NCBI GenBank assembly: GCA_013416795.1
Contig: RQSC01000014.1
Coordinates: forward strand, 112,302 to 176,301
Source: Prasinococcaceae sp. CCMP 1430
Lineage: Eukaryota; Plantae; Prasinodermophyta
Length of the DNA stretch: 64,000 bases
Reading direction: 5' to 3'
Positions 34,065 to 42,685 of the stretch are shown in pieces; position 1 is the first letter of the stretch, and every line of letters starts with the position of its first letter. The translations under genes and the position numbers were made by a program. Under the pieces are notes generated by a model, which did no database searches, was not told the DNA's origin, and saw only the letters and a list, made by a program, of their open reading frames with translations.

Positions 34065-34494
34065 GCTCGTGGGCGTGTTGCTTGCGGGGCTTGTGATGCT
34101 CTTCGCCGCCGCGGGCGAGATCGATGGCCACCACCTCAATCTGCCAACCACCCAGCAACTCATCGAGGACGCCAAGATCGCCATGGTCGAGATTGACAAC
34201 CTGGTGCACGCCGACCCCGCGGTGAAGGACACAGACTCGGACGGCCTCAACGACGCCGAGGAGGTAGCGCTGGGCACCTCGATTGTGCATGCCGACACAG
34301 ACTCCGATGGCCTCACCGACTTTGAGGAGGTCACGATCACGCAGACCGATCCGCTCAACCCGGACTCCGACGGAAACGGCACCCTCGATGGCGACCACCC
34401 GCAGGAGCGGGAGAAGGTCGCCAAGTACCGCTTGGAACAGATGACAATTGAGGCCGCCAAGCCCGGCGCGCGGCGACTGCACGCGCTGCAGTAA
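34042..34494 (+). CDS. Secreted/anchored protein with bacterial TSP3-type Ca-binding repeats (start GTG 34042 or ATG 34096)
   Basis: Hydrophobic leader LAALVGVLLAGLVMLFAAAG; repeats DTDSDGLNDAEE..GT, DTDSDGLTDFEE, TDPLNPDSDGNG..DG. Confidence 0.7.
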   Translation: MAACKLAALVGVLLAGLVMLFAAAGEIDGHHLNLPTTQQLIEDAKIAMVEIDNLVHADPAVKDTDSDGLNDAEEVALGTSIVHADTDSDGLTDFEEVTITQTDPLNPDSDGNGTLDGDHPQEREKVAKYRLEQMTIEAAKPGARRLHALQ

Positions 34495-34862
34495 GGGCGC
34501 GAGCGGGTGCGCAGGCGCGACTCCCAGCGGTAGATTCGCAGACACACACACGACGCACGCGCATTCGCGCAAGCGCGCGACCGAGCCAGCGCGTGAGAGA
34601 GGGGGGGGTGGCGGGGGGAGCGGGGCGGCATGCCCTCGCCCGGGGGTGGGGTCGGCTCGCCTCGCCCTGGCGCAGCCGGCCGCTCCCCGCAAAGCAACGG
34701 GCGCCAGCCCTCCGCGGCCAGCGCCCTGCGCGCACACACCGAGTGCCCGCATGCCTGAACGGGTTCCTGGCGAAGGCACAGCCACAACACACATCCGGTG
34801 GCGCTGCCGACTGGCGAAAGAATAATTGATGGTGTACAGACACTGTGCGCACCTCTCTCACA

Positions 34863-35876
34863 CTAACCGCCTTGCGACGCCCAGCTGAGGAAGGGATGCC
34901 TCGCGCCCTCGACCTTGGAGAGCCTGAGCTGGCAGCTTTCCGCACCCTGTGCGAGCGTGCGAGGTGCCGCGAACGCCACGCGGCCGTCGCGCGCGAAGGC
35001 CTCGAACGGCGCGGCCTCGAGCGCACAGAATATGCTTGTGAGAGCTGGTTCGCCCTCAGTCTGCACTGGCACGCAGGCGCCGCGCATCGGCATCGTCAAT
35101 GGGTTTGGCTCGGTGCGCAGGCACGATCGCATGGGCACGCGGGCGGAGGGATCGTGCGGCTATTCGCAGCATTGCGCACGCACCTCGAAGAAGTCTTTGT
35201 AGAAGCACCGCCGCACCGTGAGCACTGCATCGCCGTCTTTCCCCTCGTCGTAGTCCTCGAATTCGCCCTCAAAAGTCTCGCCCTGGTCGCTGACCAGATT
35301 GCGCAGCGAGTCGCGCGAGAGCTGTGATCACGCCCCACGCGCCAGGCCACGTGCGCGTCGTCAGTGTGCATCGCAAGCGCGCCAGTGGCGCAGCCAGAAG
35401 CGCGCGCGATGCGACTTGCGAGGGTCATTTCGTTTCAGGCCGGAGGACGCGGCCGCCCGCGCGCGCACCTCGACGGGGTCCATCGCTAGTGACAGCCCTC
35501 TGATGAGCGTGCTGTTGATACCCTCGTGCGCGTTGAGCATCGAGAGGACCATGGCTCGCGATTCCGCTGGGTTGCGCACGTGCGCCTGCACTGCGCGGTA
35601 GGCAGCAAGCACAAACGCGGCCTGATTGAGGTGCGCCGCCGCGCGCGCATCCACGGCGCGGCCGGCGTGACGCGCCTGCAGCTCGGCCGCGTTCGCGTCG
35701 ACCAGCGCGCGTATCCCCTGTGCAGCCTGTGCCGTGCGTTCGTCGCGCGCGGCGACAGCGCGCGCGTTGTCGAGCATGGCGTTGCGCGCGGCCGCGTCCA
35801 GCGTGCGCTGAGCGAGTGCCGCGAGCGCGCGCAGCGACGCCCGGCCCGTCGCCGCGGCTGTCGTCGCCGCCCCCAT
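34863..35876 (-). CDS. L-2-amino-thiazoline-4-carboxylic acid (ATC) hydrolase-like protein; 3 exons (35876-35469, 35321-35184, 35060-34863)
   Basis: Spliced C-terminus LTVRRCFYKDFFE/TEGEPALTSIFCALE...RTLAQGAESCQLRL fits the C..F..FF..G.PEL...C..D...R..TLA.G...C.F pattern; both introns are GT-AG and keep the frame. Confidence 0.65.
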
Positions 35877-36196
35877 CGCTGCCGCCGCGCTCTCCCCTGC
35901 GGCGCGGCGGCAGCGCTGTGTGGCACCGCCGGTATTGGCAGAGGGCAGCAGCTCGTGGTACGAAACTTCATTGTTTCGTTGATGCAGTGTGCAAAGAAAC
36001 GTGATCTGAAACTCCACAACTGGGACCGAGCAGGCAGCGCGGCCAGTGTGCCGACTGGGGATAGTGCACAAGAGAGTATACTGTATGACGGTGCTACATA
36101 CAACCGTTGGTAGTAACAGTTACGCCTGCGCATAGTGGCGGCGGTGCGGTGTGGACGGGTCGATCCCCAGATCACGCGCCCATACGCGCGCGACAT

Positions 36197-38011
36197 TCAA
36201 TACTCGATGTGCAGCACCTCTATGGCGAGCACTTCGAACTCATTGGTGCTGGCCAAGCACGGCGACCCGAACGTCCCGCACGGGTGCGAGGTACCCTTCT
36301 GGAGGTCATCGCTTAGCCATATGGCGAAGCCGTCGCCGCCGCCCACGCACATGCTGTGAGCAGCACCGGTCTGGAAGATCGCACGGGCTCCGGGCTGATA
36401 GTGGAACGCCTCGCGCCTGAGGCGACCGGGGGTCCTTCCCCGGTGATAGGATGCCGTAGACTTGTCCTTCAGGCGGAAGACGAAGCACTCACCCGACCCG
36501 ACGCTGTGCGGATACGTGACTCGCCAGGGCGCAGTTGCATAGCACCCGAAAACGCCCCCTCCTGAGTCGTGCACCAGCAGCAACGTGGGCGCCCGCCCCG
36601 AGCAGCTGCGATACAACGTGCGCAACGACAAGCCGTCGCGCCGCGAAGAGTATGCGCACTGCATCGTGTGCATGCGCCAGAAGGGCGGCAAGAGGGCGCG
36701 CAAAAATGCCCAGTCTTTCTTGCTCACGATGGTCGACGGATTGATAGGGAGGATCGAAGCGTCCGTGTCGTCGAACGAGCAACTTGAGGAACCCGATGAC
36801 AGCGATTCGAGGCTGCTGTCGAGGCTACCGACTGGGCTGCCCGTCGTGTACGAGTCCGTGCTGCCCGCTTCGTACGAAAGGACCCCGGTCGGGCTTAAGT
36901 TGCCATTCCCGGGAATGTCAATTGGCTGCTCGCATTGCCGCGTGTTGTAACGCGCGCCCGCGGCGCGTGTTAGCGTCGCGCTCGGGGCGCTGACGCCAAA
37001 TGCGCCTAGCCCCCCCCCCCCCCCCCCCCCCCCCCCCCGCGGAGACACGGCATCGTTGAGCAGCAACGCGCTCACCTTGGTCGAAATTTCCAGTCGCCAC
37101 GTCGCCGCGCTGGCTCTCCTGTCGGCATCCACCTTATCAGCTGCGGAGTGCCACGCGTCTTGCCCCAGCCCTGCTAGTGCGGCATCCGAGAAGATGGCGT
37201 TCGGCCGTCCATCGCGCGTCGATGTGTGCATGGACTTCAACATCGAGGCCACTGCAGCGTTCGCCGCCTGCTGTCGTTGCTTCTGCTCGAGCCAGAGGCG
37301 CGCAGCGCTGTGAATGCTCCGCCACGTCGAAAGTGCCCATCCCCACACCATGCCGCGCTCAGCTGCGGATGTCATCGACGCTGAGCACTGACTCCACAGC
37401 GGGCTCTCTTCGGCGACAGCTTCGACGTCGAATAGAGCAGGGCGAACATCAGAGGCTCCGCGACGCGCGGCACGCGCCCGACGCGAGAGCGCCACCCCAG
37501 CAACTGTCGCGACGAGTACACAGCCCCATAGGAGGTCTGTGCCTTGCACTACCTGCATCCCGCCGCCGTAAAGCAATCGGTCGCTGGCCACCAAGCTCGC
37601 GTTGTGAGTCTCTGCAGTGGAGTCGCGCCGGACTGTCTGCCCGAGGGGGCGACCGTCGAGGAGGCGGCTTGCGGCTCCTCCTCCGCTCGCCTCGACCTCT
37701 GAAGGCAATGAAGGCACGCCTTTGGCTGCATCTTTGCTCGTGACTCCCGAGCGCGCCATATCAGTCTGCTCAAGCGTCACCGCCGCGCCCTCAGAGTCCA
37801 CTTCCTCCCCCTCGTCAGGCCAGGCAGAGTCAACAACGAGGTCGTCTGTCACGCCCGCCTCAGTGGTTGCAACCTCGTCGCGAGCCAGCCGCGCGCCTTG
37901 CGCGTATGCATGCTGCACGTCGCTACGGCGATCGGCGGTGCGGTGGTAGCGACGCTCCGCCCTGACCGCGAGCTGTGTCAGGTTGACCTCCAGGTCTCCG
38001 AAGCCCGACAT
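36197..38011 (-). CDS. TLDc-domain (OXR1-like) protein
   Basis: LPPFWR...YSSRRDGLSLRTLY, LLLVHDSGGGVFGCY..PW, GSGECFVF, GGGDGFAIWLSDDLQKGTSHPCGTFGSPCL...FEVLAIEV. Confidence 0.9.
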   Translation of the reverse strand: MSGFGDLEVNLTQLAVRAERRYHRTADRRSDVQHAYAQGARLARDEVATTEAGVTDDLVVDSAWPDEGEEVDSEGAAVTLEQTDMARSGVTSKDAAKGVPSLPSEVEASGGGAASRLLDGRPLGQTVRRDSTAETHNASLVASDRLLYGGGMQVVQGTDLLWGCVLVATVAGVALSRRARAARRGASDVRPALFDVEAVAEESPLWSQCSASMTSAAERGMVWGWALSTWRSIHSAARLWLEQKQRQQAANAAVASMLKSMHTSTRDGRPNAIFSDAALAGLGQDAWHSAADKVDADRRASAATWRLEISTKVSALLLNDAVSPRGGGGGGGGGLGAFGVSAPSATLTRAAGARYNTRQCEQPIDIPGNGNLSPTGVLSYEAGSTDSYTTGSPVGSLDSSLESLSSGSSSCSFDDTDASILPINPSTIVSKKDWAFLRALLPPFWRMHTMQCAYSSRRDGLSLRTLYRSCSGRAPTLLLVHDSGGGVFGCYATAPWRVTYPHSVGSGECFVFRLKDKSTASYHRGRTPGRLRREAFHYQPGARAIFQTGAAHSMCVGGGDGFAIWLSDDLQKGTSHPCGTFGSPCLASTNEFEVLAIEVLHIEY

Positions 38012-38122
38012 GACGGGGACCGTCTCGTCTCTCCTCAGCGCGCCGCACGGGCCGGCCGCCGCCGGCCGGCCGCCGCGCGCCCGCGCCTGACCCTGTGAAC
38101 AAACACCTCCCGCGCTTCACTC

Positions 38123-39753
38123 TTACTTGGCCTCGGCGGTCGCGAAGGCCGCCTTGAAGCGCTTGACCGCCTCGAGCACGTTGTCCCTGCTGCCGAAGGC
38201 GCTCGCGCGCACGAAGCCCTCGCCGCTGGGGCCGAAGCCCGAGCCCGGCGTGGTGACGATGTCGCACTTGGCCAGGATGTCGGCGAACGACTCCCAGCTG
38301 GTGGCGCCCGGGAAGCGCACCCACACGTAGGGCGCGTTCTCGCCGCCGTGCGTCTCGAAGCCCAGCTCGGTGAAGCAGTCCTTGAGGATGGTGGCGTTCT
38401 CCGAGTAGAAGGCGACGGCCTCGTCCATCGCCTTGACGCCCGCCGGCGACAGCGCGGCCATGCCGCCCGCCTGCACCACGTTCGACGCGCCGTTGAAGCA
38501 CGTGCCCATCACGCGGTTGAAGTCGTTGATCACCGGGAAGCCGTCGGCGAACTTGAGCTCCTTGGGCACCACCGTCCAGCCGAGGCGCACGCCGGTGAAG
38601 CCCGCCGCCTTGGAGAACGAGTTGGTCTCCAGCGCGCACTCGCGCGCGCCGGGGATCTCGAAGATGCTCTTGGGGCAGTTCTCGTCCTTGATGTACAGCG
38701 CGTAGGCCGCGTCGTACACGATGATGGAGCCGTTCGCGCGCGCGAACTCCACCAGCTCGGTGAGCTGCTCGCGCGTGGCCGCCGCGCCCGTCGGGTTGTT
38801 GGGCGAGCAGAAGAAGATGACGTCCGTCTTCTTGGTGGCCGCCAGGTCGGGGAAGAAGCCCTTCTCGGGCACGCACGGCATGTACTCGATGCCCTTGAAC
38901 TGGCCGAGCGCCTCGTCGTAGGTCTCGGTCATGCCCATCATGACCGAGGTGTCGACGTACGCCGGGTAGGAGGGGTCCTGCACGGCGACCGTCTGCTCGG
39001 GGCCGAACATCATCTGCAGGCGCGAGATGTCGCACTTGGAGCCGTCGCTGCAGAACACCTCGTCGGCGTCGACGATGCCGTTGTACCACACCTTGGCGAT
39101 CTCCGCGCACAGGTCGGCGCGGCCGCGCTCGGCGCCGTAGCCGCTGTAGCCCTCGCGCGTGGACAGGCCGTTGGCCGCGTCGGCCATCGCGCCGGTGATC
39201 GCCGTGTCGATGGGCTCGGTGGTGTCGCCGATGCCCAGCGAGATCACCTCGGCGTCGGGGTTGGCCTCCATGTGCTCGGTGCGGCGGCGCGCGATCTCCG
39301 GGAAGAGGTAGCCCGCCTGCAGCTTGCCGATGTTGGCGTTGCGCTTCACGCCGGTCTTGGCCTCGCAGCGCACCGCGCTGCGGCGAGTGGCCGACACCCT
39401 GCGGGGCGGGGTGCGAGCGTGCGCGAGCGCGCGCGAGCGCCGCAGGCGGACGACGAGCGCCAGTGGGGTGGGAGGTGTGGGGGGGCGTGTATGTGGTGAG
39501 GCGGTGGGATTGAGGTGTGTGCGTTGGGGAGGTGGGCGGGAGAGAGGGGGGGTTCGCTCGTGCGCCCGCAGGCTATGTGGCGCGCAGGTGTGCGCGCGAG
39601 CGCTTTTCTCTCTAGAGTTCCTTCTCTCTCTGCCTGCGTCCCTCCCTCCCTCTCTCTCTCTCGCGCGAGCGAGCTGCGAGTGCGCGCGCGCGCACGCCAC
39701 GCGCGCGCGCACGCGCACCGACGGCAGGCGCGCGCCTTCATCGGACTCCACAT
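38123..39753 (-). CDS. dapL: LL-diaminopimelate aminotransferase (plastid DapL/AGD2); intron 39718-39399
   Basis: [94 protein letters not shown]. Confidence 0.97.
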
Positions 39754-40385
39754 TCCCCGCCCGGAGTCCGATGTAGTACATTTCATTAAAGATTTATTTT
39801 GATATACTTCGGATTCCAAATTGATGATTCGAAACATTTCATATCTGGATTCCGTTCCCCAACGCGCGCGCGCGCGCGCGCGCGCGTGCACCCCAAAGGG
39901 CAAAAATAACGGCGTCGCAGCCGTCGGCGCGCGCGCGCGCTTCTCCGCGCGCGTCCCGGCTGGAGGGAGGGATGTGTGCCCGAGCTTTGGCCCCGACGAA
40001 GGCAGCACAGAGCCGACGCCAACTCGCTCGAGCGACGGTGTCTGGCTGCGGCGCCGACGTGTCAGCGGACGCGTCTGCAGACGGTGACCAGCCAGACGGC
40101 GAGACGGCCCTGCAGCATCGCACGGCGTGTCCCCGCGCGCCCTTCACTCAGCCAGGGAAATCAAAGAAACGATGGTAGGCATTTCACAGTGCAATCCACA
40201 CTGAATCCACAGTGTCCGCACGCATTCTGACCTAATATCTGACGGGGCACGCAGGTGCCACGACGGCCTGGGGTGGCATGGCAGGCCAGCATTGCACGGG
40301 AGCGCGCGTACATGCGCGCATGGGCGCGGGCATGGCCGCGGGCATGGCCGTGCGCGCAGGGCGTCGAAATGCAATAGGCCAACGA

Positions 40386-42422
40386 TTACGCGCGGCCGGC
40401 TTCCCTGTCTATGGTCTTGAAGAGTCGGGGCACAGTGGTCATTGCCTGGAGCGTGCGCAGCACAGTGCTAACGGCGCTCACCACGATGAGCAGGCTGGTG
40501 AAGCCAGCGCTGATGCCAAGGGCTTGGAACTGCGCGTCGAGCAGGTCGCTGAAGCCAACCAGGAGTGCGAGCATCAGGCCGCCCACCACGTTTGCAGCCT
40601 GCTGGATCCTGTACAGGAAGGCCTCGGTGGCCTTGCCTGGGTTCACCATGCCAGCCTCAACACGCGCGAGCACAGCGAGCGGCGGTGTGGCGCGCACGCC
40701 GGCCCCTGCCTTGCTCAAATATTCGGCCGTCTGCTTGGCTTGCTTGCGACCGCTCAGCTGGTTGAGCGCGAACACCAGAAACATTGTGAGCACGATCTCC
40801 AGGGCGCGCGCCGCGCCACCACCGAGTCCCCCCGCCTCCCACAGTGGCCCAGCGAGCAGACGAAATATGACGATGGTAAATGAGGCGGCCACCACGGGCG
40901 ACAGCCCCGCCGCGCACACCTTGACGGGAACAAAGTTTGAGGAGCCACCGCCGAGCGTGTCTGTCGCCGCGCCCACTGCGCTGCCGCCCCCCGCCCCGCC
41001 CGCCCCGCCCGACGCTGGTCCACCTTCGGGCGGCGGCGGGGCCAACCCCATCGCACGCCCAGCTTCGGTGCCCACCAGGTATCGATCGAAGTCGATCTCT
41101 ATGCCAACTTCGCGCGAGAACCACACCACTGGCACTCTGAGCGTTCCCCCCTGCAGCAGCACCGCGAGCACGACGATGCCCACGAATGCACCCGCGTAGC
41201 TCGCCGCCACCGCCGCCGCGTTGCCACCCAGCGCACCGGCGGCGGCAGCCGCGGCCACCCTCGCAGCGGCCGAGCTCATCGTTGCCGCGAAGACAACCGC
41301 GATGGCCAGCGTCACGCCCTCCCCGAGGCCGTGCGTCGATTGCTGCTCGCACAGCCACGCGGTGAAGAGCGCGCCGGAAAGCAGAGCGACGAAAGCGTGC
41401 AGGCCCTGTGCGGGTGCTAGCCCAAACAGCGCGGTCGCAGCAGTGCCCGCCGCGGGTGCCCAGAAGCGTTGCGCGTCCGCTGCTCCCAGCGCCGCCATCG
41501 CCAAGCCAAAGTAGAGGGTCCAACGGCGCGTCATCCACGCCCGCATGCTCTGGCCGGCCTCACCCACCTCGTCGAAGGTCCGCTTGACCTCTGAGGGCCA
41601 GCCGTCGGCCGTCGCGTCCTGCGGGAAGAAGCTCGCCGTTGCATGGAAGGTGGTGAGAAAGATCGACGCCATGAGGCCTGCCGCGTAGCCCACGCCGAGC
41701 ACATTGAGGGCGAGCTTTTGCGTGATCGTGACCGTTCCGAAGCGAATTTCGCGGGCGCGATTAGGGGTGTGGTGGAGAGGGGGGGGGGGAGAGGCGTCAG
41801 AGCGCGCTCGCGGCGGTCGGGAGCGCGCGCGGGGCACGCAAGCCGCGCCTCGAGGCCAGTAAGCGCGGCTCACCTCGTAGCCCTTGTCGCCCGCAAGCGC
41901 GCTTGCCGCGGGTCCGCCGCCCGCCCCGCTGATGGCTGACAGCAGCGCGCCGGAGGACAGCCCCGCAAGGCCACCAGGAAAGGACGCTCCGGACGCGGTG
42001 GACGCCGCGTTCGCCGCCGCGGCAGCAGCCTCGGGAGGCACGGCTGCAGCCGCCCTTAGGTACACGCCGGCATCGCCGGTGAGCGGCGTGAAGAGCCCTG
42101 CGCGCACGACCACGATGAAGAGCAGCGAGAACGCGGCGCGGCGTGCGAGTTCGGATCTCGAGAGAGAGCGCAGCGGCGCGATGAGTGCTGCGAATGGCGC
42201 CCACGAGCCCTTTGTCCCCCCCGCGGGGGATGCGACGCCAACCGCGCCAAGCCCTGCGCGCCCCGCGGTGCGCTCTGGCGCGGCGGGCGGCAGGCCCGCG
42301 CGANGCTCGACCTGTGCGTCGTTCTGTCGCCTCCGAATCCACCGCCGAGCCCTCCCCCCGCCCGCACCCGCGGCACGCGCGCCCGCCGCCAGCACCGGAC
42401 GCTCACGCTCGCGCGCGAACAT
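40386..42422 (-). CDS. SCY2: Plastid preprotein translocase SecY2 (SCY2)-like; probable intron 41873-41715; start uncertain
   Basis: RRAAFSLLFIVVVRAG.F.PL.G, AWLCEQ.S..GLG.G, VPVKV.AAG..PVV, AEYL.K.GA, PGKATEAFL.RIQ, GG..LALL, GFTSLLIVV. Confidence 0.8.
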   Translation of the reverse strand: MFARERERPVLAAGARAAGAGGGRARRWIRRRQNDAQVEXRAGLPPAAPERTAGRAGLGAVGVASPAGGTKGSWAPFAALIAPLRSLSRSELARRAAFSLLFIVVVRAGLFTPLTGDAGVYLRAAAAVPPEAAAAAANAASTASGASFPGGLAGLSSGALLSAISGAGGGPAASALAGDKGYEVSRAYWPRGAACVPRARSRPPRARSDASPPPPLHHTPNRAREIRFGTVTITQKLALNVLGVGYAAGLMASIFLTTFHATASFFPQDATADGWPSEVKRTFDEVGEAGQSMRAWMTRRWTLYFGLAMAALGAADAQRFWAPAAGTAATALFGLAPAQGLHAFVALLSGALFTAWLCEQQSTHGLGEGVTLAIAVVFAATMSSAAARVAAAAAAGALGGNAAAVAASYAGAFVGIVVLAVLLQGGTLRVPVVWFSREVGIEIDFDRYLVGTEAGRAMGLAPPPPEGGPASGGAGGAGGGSAVGAATDTLGGGSSNFVPVKVCAAGLSPVVAASFTIVIFRLLAGPLWEAGGLGGGAARALEIVLTMFLVFALNQLSGRKQAKQTAEYLSKAGAGVRATPPLAVLARVEAGMVNPGKATEAFLYRIQQAANVVGGLMLALLVGFSDLLDAQFQALGISAGFTSLLIVVSAVSTVLRTLQAMTTVPRLFKTIDREAGRA

Positions 42423-42427
42423 TACAT

Positions 42428-42457
42428 TAAACCCTAATAAAATGTAAACCCTAATAA
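42428..42457. promoter_or_regulatory. Tandem telo-box-like motifs (TAAACCCTAATAA x2) in the SCY2/NLR divergent spacer
   Basis: 13-nt direct repeat at 42428-42440 and 42445-42457, each containing AAACCCTAA, in an AT-rich island. Confidence 0.55.
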
Positions 42458-42685
42458 TTTTGGGGGCGCGAACCGCGAGGCGTCGCGAGGGGAGCTTCCG
42501 GGCGAGCGCGTGTTCTTTTTCCGGCGCACAGGTGGATGGTCCCACACCACACGAGGTTGCCGCTGCTGGCGTGAGCGAGAGAGGGGAGGGGTGGAGGGGT
42601 GGCGCTGGGGCGAGAAAGAGGGTGCCGGTGGCACTCCGTGCGCGCTCCCCGCGTCGCCCGGGGAGCGGAGTGGCGGGGGCGCGAG

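Noticed and set aside
32233-35876. Bacterial contamination or recent bacterial insert
   Set aside because: MurD and the ATC-like gene have spliceosomal introns and host-like composition; no operon structure or Shine-Dalgarno pattern.
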